From Octopus sinensis (Eukaryota): a stretch of DNA of 64,000 bases. The position numbers and the translations under genes are program-made. The DNA is taken from assembly GCF_006345805.1 (NCBI RefSeq), contig NC_043008.1:9486001-9550000 (forward strand). Reading direction: 5' to 3'. Positions 26,611 through 38,616 of this stretch are shown in pieces. Each line of letters starts with the position of its first letter. Position 1 is the stretch's first letter. The notes below the pieces were generated by a model. The model saw only the letters and a list, made by a program, of their open reading frames with translations, had not been told where the DNA came from and searched no databases.

Positions 26611-26709
26611 AAGTTTACCGATAATGGTTCTTTTAACAAACCAAACTACTTGGTAAAATTATTAATTATTAAATGGTTAATTAATTTTACCCTTTATTAT
26701 TATTATAGA

Positions 26710-26714
26710 CAGAC

Positions 26715-26800
<86 letters not shown>
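26710..26800. repeat. (GATA)n microsatellite
   Basis: Read directly from the sequence. Confidence 0.95.
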
Positions 26801-26803
<3 letters not shown>

Positions 26804-27879
26804 TTAACACATACATACAACTACAGTCACAGAGTATTGAAGTATACTGGTACCACCTAAAAAGTGGTCAGTCTACTCTGTGAAATGGTTAGCATTAAGA
26901 AGGGCATCTAGCCATTGAAACCATGTAAAAGCAGAAAATAGGAGGCTGGTGCAGCCCCTTGACTTGCCAGCTCCAGTCAAACCTTCCAGCCCATGCCAGC
27001 ATGGAAAACAGACATTAAAAGGATGATGATGATGATATAGACACACTCACACACACATAAAAACTATATGCACTAAAATATGTTCATCAACGGTGTTACA
27101 TGCACATATACACACATGATTAAAACTGCTGGTACACACCTTCAGCAATTAATATTTGCACTCTAAAAAGGTAGCAAGCTAGCAGAAACATTAGCATTCC
27201 AGGTTAAATGCTTAATGTTATTTCGTCTGTCTTAATGTTCTGAGTTCAAATTCCACCAAGGTCGACTTTGCCTTTCATCCCTGCAGAGTTAATAAATTAA
27301 GTACCAGTTTTGTACAGGGGTGGATCTAATTGACTGCCAATCAACTCGCCCAAAATTTTGGGCCTTGTAACAACACTAGAAAAGAATATATTTATTTTTT
27401 AAGGTGGCGAGCTGGCAGAATCGTTAGCATGCTGGGCAAAATGCTTAGTAGTATTTCATATGTCTTTACGTTCTGAGTTGAAATTCCACTAAGGTCGACT
27501 TTGCCTTTCATCCTTTTGGGATCAATAAATTAAGTAGCAGTTGTGTACTAGGGTCAATCTAATCGACTGGATCCCGCCCCAGAAATTTCGAGCCTTATGC
27601 CTAGAGTAAGAAAGAATATTTTCACTCTAAAACATACACTTATGTACAACCACTCTTGTTGATGTATATTTATACATAATGTTGTTCAAAAACATATACA
27701 CACATGAAATATGCATATCAATGGGGAACAGCATGAACACCCACACACACACACAACTGTCTATATATTGATACAAATACATACGTATAACCTCAGGTAA
27801 AAACAGAACAGTGATGCATATACACTAACACACATATGCTACCACAATCACAAACAGAACAGTATTGAAAAATACACTT

Positions 27880-27910
<31 letters not shown>

Positions 27911-28801
27911 CACATATACTGACAAATACCAAATAACAGTTTTATGTGCAAACGCACACACACACAAACACACACACATCAAATGCACAACTCACACAGG
28001 TGTACTTTTACTAGCGATACACACACACAAAACATGCACATATTCACGCACACACACTCATATATTTAACAATTTGACATTCAATGAGATTTAAATTATT
28101 AACATTGACAGACTTCATTAATAATAATCTCTTAATTAGGAAAGAGAACAAAGAGAAGATGGTTGTTAATCTTTAAAAAACACAAATGCAGCTAACAGTC
28201 GCTAAACGGTGATGACAACTGGCAAATTTGTTCAGCAGACAAGCACTCAACTTGATCAATCTGCTCAACATAGTAGCTAAATCTACCTCAGTACAGGAGG
28301 TAATGTGGGAGGGAGTCTCAGGGATCCTCTACGTTGTCACTGAACCTTCTAAAATTAGTGACTAAATCTCGTTTGAATCATACTGTAATGTCTTAAAGAA
28401 ATAACACCTCGGATCATGTGGTCCCAGAAACATTATTATATCTGAAATATAAATGGGATAGTCATGTCTGGATTGTCTTTTATCTGAGATTTTCTGTGTG
28501 CCAGAGTCCATCTGTGTCTAAATAAATTCATCAAATCCAGTGAAGTCTCTAACGTCTCACTTATACACATACTGACACCCACCCACCCACATAAGGAGCC
28601 TCAGGGTGCCTCTCTGAGATTCTCAAACTTTTTGTGCCACTGCCCCCTACCCATGGCCTCATAATACCCTCAGCACCCCTACACCTATTTTTATGTATAA
28701 ATAAGCATTTTATATTTTACAAACATATATAAACAAGCTGTGATATACGAATCCACATGCTAATACATGAATAAACTATGAGTCATTTGATATTAATATA
28801 A

Positions 28802-29185
28802 TCTCTCTCTATATAAATGGCAGTTTGTCTGTGCGTGTTTCTGTGTGTCTGTTTGCTTGTACCCTCACCCTGACCACGGCTTTCAACCAATTCTGATGAA
28901 ACTTGACACACACATAGCCCAATGTCATAATTCAAAACTAACGCAGCGAAAATTTTGAAAAGTTCCCCCAGTTCTGAAAAAAATCGATAAATTCGACATG
29001 GGGTCGAGAATCAGAAACACAAACCATAAACTGTCTAGGGGACGCAACTCCACCATTTTTAACTCTCAAAAAAAAATTTACCATCATTTTTTTCCATTTT
29101 TTGCTATTTTTTGGCTATAACTCTCTAAAAATGCTTTATAGTTATTTCCCTTACAAACCTGAGCAACGCCGGGCGATACTGCTAG
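28802..29185 (+). mobile_element. Non-autonomous Helitron, 384 bp
   Basis: A|TCTCTCTCTATATAAATGG... CCTGAGCAACGCCGGG hairpin ...CTGCTAG|T: 5'-TC, 3'-CTAG, A/T insertion site, subterminal hairpin. Confidence 0.85.
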
Positions 29186-29361
29186 TATTATATAATTTGT
29201 ATACAGTAGGAGTAGCTGTGTGGTAAGTAGCCTGCTTATGAACTACATGGTTCTGGGTTCAGTCCCACTGCGTGGCACCTTGGGCAAGTGTCTTCTGCTA
29301 TTGCCTTGGGCCAACCAAAGCTTTGTGAGTGGATTTGGTAGATGGAAACTGAAAGAAGCAC

Positions 29362-29390
<29 letters not shown>

Positions 29391-29394
<4 letters not shown>

Positions 29395-29724
29395 CGGTAA
29401 GCTTTATGAAAATAGACAAAAGACGAAGGCAGGTTTACGGAAATAAACAAAAGACGAAGGCAGGTGGAATACAAACAAACAATTGTATTAGTATGGCGCT
29501 CAGGAAATATAAATGAAACAAGTCTTTAACGTTTCGAGCCTACGCTCTTCAACAGAAAGATACACAGAGAAAAAAAACACAGAAAGAAGGAGAGAAAAAA
29601 ATATGCGTGCAAAAGCTAGCGAATCAACATGGCGATCTGATTTTGGCCAGAAGTCAAAGATCAATCATGAGACGCAAGAGCGAAATTAGGGGAGATAATA
29701 GGGTTGAATGACCCCGCTCATGTA
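29391..29724 (-). mobile_element. Penelope-like pseudo-LTR fragment with a hammerhead fold, inserted in the (TA)n tract of a SINE-A
   Basis: SINE-A head at 29205-29365 resumes at about 29730; truncated sister copy at 48979-49050. Confidence 0.6.
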
Positions 29725-30246
29725 AATATATATGTGTATGTGTGTATATATGTTTGTGTGTTTGTCTCCCCAACATCTAGTTCAACCCATATCCTAATGT
29801 TATTTACATGCCAAATTACTCAAAAATATTTTGACACATTTGTCACGCACCTGAATACAAAAATGAGATCAAAGTAAATCACTTTTGCACCTGTTTATAT
29901 CATCGTATTTACCTGTATACAAGACGTGCTCCATGTTTTTGTGATTAAAATCAAGTATAAAAAAGTGCAACTTATACATAGGTGTGGCTGTGTGGTAAGA
30001 AGCTTGCTTCCCAACCACGTGGTTCTAGGTTCAGTCCCAGTGTGGCACCTTGGGCAAGTGTCTTCTATTATAGTTTTGGGCCAACCAAAGCCTTGTGAGT
30101 GGATTTGGTAGACGGAAACTATCTATCTATCTTTCTATATATATATATATATATATATATCTAACTATCTATCTATCTATCTATCTATCTAATTATCTAT
30201 ATATCTATCTATCTAACTAACTATCTATCTATCTATCTCTTTTCTA

Positions 30247-30308
<62 letters not shown>

Positions 30309-32466
30309 ATATATGTAAGTACTCAGTGAATGCTTGTTTAACTTGTGCTCTAGTCCAACTGAGTGGAGCAATGTTACTAAAATAAAATCTAGACAAAATA
30401 GACTAGCAACAACAATAACACTAGTTATATACTTAGCACCATTAATTATGGTAACAACAGACCCAGCAGTACCACCACCGCCACCACCACCACCACCAGT
30501 CACCACCATCACCACTACTGCCACCACTGTCACTACCAGCAGCCAAATTACTTAGTGTTATCTTTATGTAGAGAGTTAGGTAACCTGACACAAATAGGAT
30601 GTAAGCATTTTTCATTAACAACGCTTGTCTTAGGTTAAAGCCAGTACGACAACAGCAGAGCGTGGATGTAGTTCTCTCTGTTGTAGACAATTCTTTGACA
30701 CTGTATAATTGTGGTGTGTTTCATTAGTGTGTTTTGGTGGGCGAGATCAAAGATAGAAATAAATAATGCACAGACAAGAAGGAAGATGTCGAAACTGAAG
30801 AAACAATGCTAAAAGTAATGACAGCAGCAAAAGTCTAACCATTCATTCTTACCATTCCATGCCAGTAATTCAAAGTATAAGTAAAATGAATAAGAAAAGA
30901 ACTAACGGAATGCCAACCGTTCTTTTAATCTAAAATTTATGTTCTGAGATGTAGTTTGTTGGTATGTGTGACAAAGACACCATATTGTGATAAAAGGTTT
31001 ATTGCTTTGTGGTGAGTGAAATCTGATGGTTGTTTGTGAGTGAGGGGCTGGGGTCGAAATGGGAACCTTACTCAGCATTGTGCTTTTGTAGCATGAAGCA
31101 AAGCAGGCCTTGCCATCCACTCAAGGAAACACAGAGTAAATGTGTGTGTGTCGTATTTCTTTATTACCCACAAGGGGCTAAACATAGAGGACAGTGTCTG
31201 TGTGCATGTGTCTGTGTGTGTGTGTGTGTGTGCATGTGTGTGTGCGTGCGTGTGTGTGTATGTGTGTACCCACACAGGCACACACACACAGAACAGAGTA
31301 GGAGTTATGGCCTTGGTAATTTGCATAATTAGAACAAAAATCTGCTAACCAATGAGCTAGGTTCTTCAAATACATGCCATGAGCGAAGCAAAATAGCTCA
31401 AAATGGACAGTGGAATATATTTTGTAGAACATAATCCAAATTACCCGTGATGGTGTGAAGGTGATACAATCCTCCCAGTGGGCAGTTCATGGGAGTTCAA
31501 CAGTTACAGATTGAAGTGTGTAGTGGGGTTGTGTTGGTGTGTGTTTGCATCTGTTGTTTCGTTGCATGCAATGTTTGCAGTGATATTTACCTAAACATGA
31601 ATAGCTCATTTTGACATTATGGGGATTAAAGGATTTATACCTATGGGTTCTTGAGAAATACTTTCTAATTAGTGTCAGGAAACTTGAGCTCTATAAGAAA
31701 AACACTTCTAGGTCTAATGCAATAATGAACCAGTTTATTTTCTCTTTCTAATTCTCTTTGGGTTTGGTGGGTAGGAATGGGGTGAGTCCTCCAGATACAC
31801 CACCTCATCAGTGAAGCCACCCTTACTCATATCTCATTACTGTGGGGTGGGGCCCTGTTGAATATCTCCTAAGTAATGTGGAGCTGAGTCAAATTTGTTA
31901 TTAGCTATACATGCATAAATACATACATATACATATACACACACATATATACACACACACTTATATACATACACACACACATATATACATACACACACAC
32001 ATATATACATACACACACATATATATACAGATGCACACAAACACATACACACACACATATATATCTATACATATATGTGTGCGCATGTGGAGGTATGTGG
32101 ACAAGTGGTCAGGGTTTTACACTTTATGATCACAAGCTTGTGGTTTCAATTCCTAGACTGAGTAACGTGTTCTTGAGCAGAACACTTCATTTCACATTGC
32201 TCCAGTCCACTGGTAAAAATGGAAACTCCTGTGACAGACCAGTATTCATCCAGAGGAGAATATATGCACCTCGGAATCTGGTCCTATTTGACTGTGGCCA
32301 TGCTGGAGCACTGCATCTAGTTGAGCAAATCGATCCCAGGACTTATTCTTTGCAAGCCTAGTACTTATTCTATCAATCTCTTTTGCTGAAACTAAGTTAT
32401 GGAGATGTAAACACACCAGCATCAGTGGTCAAGCAATAGTGGGGGGACAACCACAGGCACACACAC

Positions 32467-32510
<44 letters not shown>

Positions 32511-32682
32511 ATGTATATATACACACAACGGGCTTCTTTCAGTTTCTGTCTACCAAATCCACTCACAGGGCTTTGGTTGGCTCGAGTCTATAGTACAAGA
32601 CACTTGTCCAAGGTTCCACACAGTGGGACTGAACCAGAAACCATGTGGTTGATAAGCAAGCTACTTACCACACAGCCACTCC

Positions 32683-32736
<54 letters not shown>

Positions 32737-32954
32737 TATATACATATATATATATATTGAAGTGAATCTAACGGTTTTTGTTTTTTAAATGGCTTATAAA
32801 CACCTTCCACGCTGCAATTGTTTTTGTTCCAGCACACAATCTCAGATCAGGTCACTTGCTATGCAAGTACATCTCAATATATATGTATATGAATTATATT
32901 ATGTTATATTATATATTTATATATATTATACTCTGCTAAATAATTTTAATTCAG

Positions 32955-33034
32955 GTTGCTGAAGACATGTTAACGCTAGCCTATGAGAGTGGAATCAACA
33001 TATTTGATACTGCTGAAGTATATTCAGGTGGCAA
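32955..33034 (+). CDS. KCNAB: Kv-beta exon c, 80 bp: [26 protein letters not shown](K), carrying the catalytic Asp and Tyr
   Basis: ttttaattcag|GTT GCT GAA...GGT GGC AA|gtaagt; AKR motif GINxFDTAEVY. Confidence 0.97.
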
Positions 33035-33274
33035 GTAAGTTCCTTTTAATTATTTCTAAATGATGTTTCCATTTTCTGTGATTACATTATATTTTCGTTG
33101 TCTTCATTCTGTATTAGGGTCACTACAAGTCTTTATATACGAGTAAATTCTTCAGTCGTGTGTCTAAAACTTTCTTTCAAACTGGAAACAGAACAGCACA
33201 ATATTAACTGTTTGGTTTGATATAAAACAGAAAAATAGATAATGATGGCTGGTTGAGATGGTTGAATCTTTATG

Positions 33275-33733
33275 ATGCTGGTGCTGGTGTCACGTAAAAA
33301 GCACCTGTAATGGTGTCACATAAAAAGCACCCATGCTGGTGCTATGTAAATGGCACACATCAGAAGTACCCATCCTGGAGTCATATAAGAAGTATCTATA
33401 CTGGTGCCATATAAAAAGTATCCGTTCTGGTGCCATGATAAAGGAATCCCTTCTAGTATCATGTCAAAAGTACCTATGCTGGTGTCATGTAAGGAGCACC
33501 CATGCTGGTGCCACATAAAAAAGCAGTTGTGCTGGTGCCATGGATAAAAACACCTCTGCTGGTGCCATGTAAAAAGCACCCAGCACACTCTCTAAAGTGG
33601 TTGGCATTAGAAAGGGCATCCAGCATTAGAAACCTTTTCAAAATAGACAACTGGAGCCTGGCACAGCTCTTCTGCTGGCTAGCTCCTGTCACACTGCCCA
33701 ACCCATGCCAGCATGGAAAGCAGATGTTACATT

Positions 33734-33772
<39 letters not shown>

Positions 33773-33790
33773 TGATGAGGATGACGATGA
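33275..33790 (+). mobile_element. Retro-D: retroposon with a tandem-repeat head, a fixed 3' body and a (GAT)n tail; about 15 copies
   Basis: Body GGTTGGCATTAGGAAGGGCATCCAGC...CCAACCCATGCCAGCATGGAAAG...GTTAAATGATGAT. Copies near 345+, 4185-, 6478-, 24170+, 25195+, 25640-, 25980+, 26860+, 51550-, 52280+, 59395-, 60600-, 60720+, 63075-. Confidence 0.8.
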
Positions 33791-34420
33791 CGATGATGAT
33801 GATGGCAGTTTCAAATTATGTATATCATCAGTAGCGCTTCATGTTAATTATCAGCTGCAGAACATCAATCTAGGTAACACTGTTTATTTTGATAACCTAT
33901 TAAAATTCTTTGAAAGCTATTACGTATCTGTAAACATTTAGTCTAGCTGTGGAAATTTTGTTTCAAAAACGAAATTAATATGAACAGTTGATCACCAAAT
34001 AGATTATGAGTTCTGAGATTCCTTATGCTCAAAAGTATGTTTTTACCAAGTGATGGCAACTATTTGGTAATCCTGAAAAAAACAGAAAAATATTGCTTCA
34101 AGTTCCAATTTAGCTAATTAAGGGGTTGGCATTAAAAAAGAAACGGATTTTCAGTGTGATATCTATCCATTTAAGTGACCCTTTTTTTTAATAGTTTAGC
34201 TGAAGAAGGAAGTGTCCGTGATATTTTTCTGGAGCTTCTAAGATGGGTGGGTAGAGGTTATTTACAAGACAGGGGTTGCTTGAATGCTTACAGCAGCAGA
34301 GGCTCTGCTAACAGCCCCAAATAACCAGGGGACTGTATTCTTACCTTGCAGCCCCAAACTCTTTTAATTGTTTCAGTCATTTGACTGTAGCCATGCTGGA
34401 GCACCACCTTTAGTCGAGCA

Positions 34421-34671
34421 AGTGTGAAAGGTAGGTGAGTCCAGTTTGCTGAACATTGTTGTAGAGCTGAAAAAGAGGTAATTTCTACTCTCCTTCTCTG
34501 GAAGCCATCTACTCACAATGCCAGAGGGCACACACTCTGTAATCTCCTGATGTAATCTCCAGGGATACAGGCATCCAGCAACAGGACCTCTGTAATGCCA
34601 TGATGGACCGTGAAGTCTGGCGTAGCATGGTAAATTCCATTGTCTCGACCACGGTCGAACAATGATGATGA
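34421..34671 (+). mobile_element. 5'-truncated RTE-clade LINE 3' end inserted into a SINE-A
   Basis: FAEHCCRAEKEVISTLLLWKP...DVISRDTG...AMMDREVWRSMV; (ATG)n tail; 11-bp duplication TTAGTCGAGCA at 34410 and 34672. Confidence 0.85.
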
Positions 34672-36596
34672 TTAGTCGAGCATATCAACCCCAGAACTTA
34701 CTCTTTGTAAGCCTAGTACTGATTCTATCAGTCTATTTTGCCGAACTGCTAAGTTATAGGGACATAAACACACCAGCATCAGTTGTCAAGCGATGGTGAG
34801 GCACAAACACAGACACAAAAACATATACACACACACATACATATAAACATATATATATATATATACATATATACGACGGGCTTCCTTCAGTTTCCGTCTA
34901 CCAAATCCATTCATAAGGCTTTGGTTGGCCTGAGGCTATAGTAGGAGACACTTGCCCAAGGTGCCACACAGTGGGAATGAACCCGGAACCATGTGGTTGG
35001 TAAGCAAGCTACTTACCACACAGCCACTCCTGCATATACAGTAAACCTTCACCATATCGTGGTTCACCTATTGCGGTTTATTATTTAAGCTTACATCAAT
35101 TCCGCTATGGTGTTGTTTTGCATTTATAATAAAATAAATATATGCAAATTGTAAAAATAAGTTTTGAAAAATATACAGTACAGAAAAATATAGGCGCAGA
35201 AGTGGCTGTGTGGTAAGTAGCTTGTTTACCAACCACATGGTTCCGGGTTCAATCCCACTGCATGGCATCTTGGGCAAGTGTCTTCTGCTATAGCCCCGGG
35301 CCGACCAATGCCTTGTGAGTAGACGGAAACTGAAAGAAGCCTGTCGTATATATGTATATATATGTAAGCATGTGTTTGTGTGTCTTTGTTTGTCCCCCAT
35401 AGCATTGCTTGACAACCGATGCTGGTGTGTTTACGTCCCTGTCACTTAGCGGTTCGGCAAAAGAGACCGATAGAATAAGTACTGGGCTTACAAAGAATAA
35501 ATCCCGGGGTCGATTTGCTCGACTAAAGGTGGTGCTCCAGCATGGCCGCAGTCAAATGACTGAAACAAGTAAAAGAGTAAAAGAGAGAGTACAGTACTGT
35601 TTCTACTTTATGGATTTTCAACTGTCATTGGTGGGGGGTTTTGGAATATAACCCCCACGATAGTTGAGGAATTTCTGTATTTCTGTGCCAAATTTTACCT
35701 GTGATCTACTGGGTATTGCTCAATAGAAATACTGCTGAAGTAATCATTGTCCTTATTGGAAACTATACTGGTGGACAAGTGGCAGCATTCCATCACCATT
35801 GGAACCAAATTCTTCAAAGCACCAGAAAAGAAAAAGAAGAAACCAAATGACAGGAGAGAAAGGCTTGGCAAAATCAACCTCGTCCTTCGCCAACATTGGC
35901 TTGCAATCAATGCCATCCATTCTTCTAAGCAAGAAATGGTCTACAGAATCATCAGTGTTATTACCCTAAAGGAAGATTCAGTAAAGAAGAAACCAGATTC
36001 TTGAATATGAAATAAAGTTACTGCTGCTGCCAATGATGACTAACAATACCATTTTACTAGTGACTATGCTTATTTGCTTGTAAGGCAGTGAGCTGGCAGA
36101 AATGTTAGCACACCGAGCGAAATGCGTAGCCATATTTCTTCTACCGTTGCGTTCTGAGTTCAAATTCCGCCAAGGTCAGCTTTCTTTCAGAGTCGATAAA
36201 TTAAGTACCAGTTTCGCACTGGGGTCGATATAATCGACTTAATCTGTTTGTCTGTCCTTGTTTGTCCTCTCTGTGTTTAGCCCCTTGTGGGTAGTAAAGA
36301 AATAGATATTTCATCCAGCACTGCGTTCTGAGTTCAAATTCCACCAAGGTCGACTTTGCCTTTCATCCTTTTGAGGTCGATAAATTAAGTAACAGTTGCA
36401 TACTGGGGTCAATCTAATCGACTGGCTCCCTCCCCCAAAATTTCAGGCCTTGCGCCTAGAGTAGAAAAAAAATACCTATTTACTAGTGCCAATTTATATT
36501 TTTCAAAATTATGAAATATTTCAAACTAAATATTAGCCAAAAAAAAAACAAAAAAAAAACTAATTTACATAACAAACATCTGTTCTTTTTTTTCAG

Positions 36597-36641
36597 GGCT
36601 GAAATATCTTTAGGCAAAATTCTGAAAAAGAAAAACTGGAG
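36597..36641 (+). CDS. KCNAB: Kv-beta exon d, 45 bp: AEISLGKILKKKNW(R)
   Basis: tttttttcag|G GCT GAA ATA...AAC TGG AG|gtgagg. Confidence 0.95.
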
Positions 36642-37072
36642 GTGAGGAACTTTCTTTCACTTCCTTTTTGTCCGAGAAAGTTTGGCATTATCTACATTAA
36701 ATGCATATACAGCTACATGAATCTCTCTCTCTCTACCTTTCTCTATCTCTCTCTCACTTTCTCTCTCTCTCTATCTCTCTCAGCTATCCATTACAGTATT
36801 AGCCCTTTTCATCTGTCCTAATTATTGGGGAAGGAAACTGGGTGCAATTTCTCTGAGGAGCAGTCAGCAAGAAGCGTCCCATCAGGAGACTCCTTTCACA
36901 CACACTCATATATATATATATATATATGTATGTGTATATATATATGCTGATATCATAATGTAATATCACCTTGCAATACAATATTCTTTAACTTTAGTTT
37001 ATTTATTAAGTTCTTCGGATAATACTTTTTTGCTCTAACAAATATTAAAACATGCTTAAAATTTTTACGTCC

Positions 37073-37120
<48 letters not shown>

Positions 37121-37208
37121 ATATATATGTGTGCATGTATGTATGTATAAATACATGTATATATATACATACATATATATATATATGCACATACACATTT
37201 ATATATAA

Positions 37209-37423
37209 TCGGTGGACGCACACAGTTGTTGAGTGGTACCCACGTGAGCGGAAAAGACCACCCGGAAGACCTCCACGACGGTGGAGTGACGATTTCAAGA
37301 GGACGATTGGGATCACGTGGATGAGAAAGGCGCGATCCAGAGAGGAGTGGAAAGCGTGCTGTGACCAGCGGTGTCAAATGGATGCCTGACGGACTGGTCG
37401 GTCAAAGTGATCAAAGTGAGTGA
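37209..37423 (+). mobile_element. RTE-clade LINE 3' fragment inserted in (TA)n
   Basis: RWTHTVVEWYPRERKRPPGRPPRRWSDDF...W...AR..EEWK is the RTE C-terminal signature; tandem tail TCAAAGTGA x2. Confidence 0.88.
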
Positions 37424-37921
37424 TATAAATATGCATATATGCGTAGGAGTGGCTGTGTGGTAAGTAGCTTGCTTACCAACCACATGGATCCGGGTTCAGT
37501 CCCACTGCGTGACACCTTGGGCAAGTGTCTTCTACTATAGCCTCGGCAAAAGAGACCGATAGAATAAGTACTGGGCTTACAAAAGAATAAGTCCCAGGGT
37601 CGAGTTGCTCGATTAAAGGCGGTGCTCCAGCATGGCCGCAGTCAAAATGACTGAAACAAGGAAAAAGAAAGAAAAAGAAAAATATATATTTATATATGTA
37701 TGCATATATATTATATATGTTCATATATATATACATACGTACGTATATATAGATGTTTAAATATATATATATGTATATATATATACATACATATATATAT
37801 ATGTGTGTGTGTGTGTGTGTATATATGTATATATACATGTATAGTTGTGTGTGTGTGTGTACACTTACCCATGTAACCTGACACATTCATCTATTTATGT
37901 ATATTTGTTTTTTTTTTCTAG

Positions 37922-37966
37922 ACGTTCCAGTTATATTATATCAACCAAGATTCATTGGAGTGCCAA
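37922..37966 (+). CDS. KCNAB: Kv-beta exon e, 45 bp: RSSYIISTKIHWSA(N), carrying the catalytic Lys
   Basis: tttttttctag|A CGT TCC AGT TAT...AGT GCC AA|gtaagt. Confidence 0.95.
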
Positions 37967-38071
37967 GTAAGTAATTAGCAATGGGAGAAATATATTTTAT
38001 TATCTAAACGATAATTACATTGACAGCTGTTAGCATTGATGAGAATAATAAAGATGTTGATGTTGAAGATG

Positions 38072-38103
<32 letters not shown>

Positions 38104-38616
38104 GATTTATAACAAGACAGTCTCAGGAGCATGGCTGTGTGTTAAAGAAGCTTGCTGGTGACCATTGGTTTCAGGTTCAGTCTGAGTGTGCAGCCCTTGG
38201 AGCAAGGGTCATCTACTATGAGCCCCAGGCTGACCAATGCCTTGTGAGTGAAGCTGGTAGATAGAAACTGTATGGAAGCCCATTGTGTTCGTGTGCGTGT
38301 GTGGTGTGTTTTGTGTTTGTGTTTTGTCCTCCACTGCCTCTTCACAACCACTGTTGGTTTGTTTACATCCCCGAAACTTAGTGGTTCAGCAAAAGGGGCT
38401 GACAGAATAAGTAAGAGACTTTCAAAAAAATAAGTACCTGGTTTGGGCTGCAATCCAATGACTGGAACTAATCAGAAATTGAAAGCCCTTTAACTGGTAC
38501 GAAGTGTGTCCCTGGCCCTTGGATTGAATCTTAAGTTCCTGATTCCATGAGTTGTGCAGAAAACAGTGGAAAGAAATACAAGAAAAAGGGCCTTCAATGA
38601 TTTGCAACACATTATT

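Noticed and set aside
30442-30860. Non-repetitive minus-strand stretch with short hydrophobic ORFs
   Set aside because: No recognisable domain or splice structure; the hydrophobicity follows from T-richness
33280-33580. CRISPR-like look of the 25-bp repeats
   Set aside because: Units are adjacent and degenerate with no unique spacers, there are no cas genes, and the DNA is eukaryotic
38591-38601. 11-nt match complementary to the end of exon f (possible editing-complementary sequence)
   Set aside because: Too short, 4 kb away, and inside a probable TE remnant; chance level
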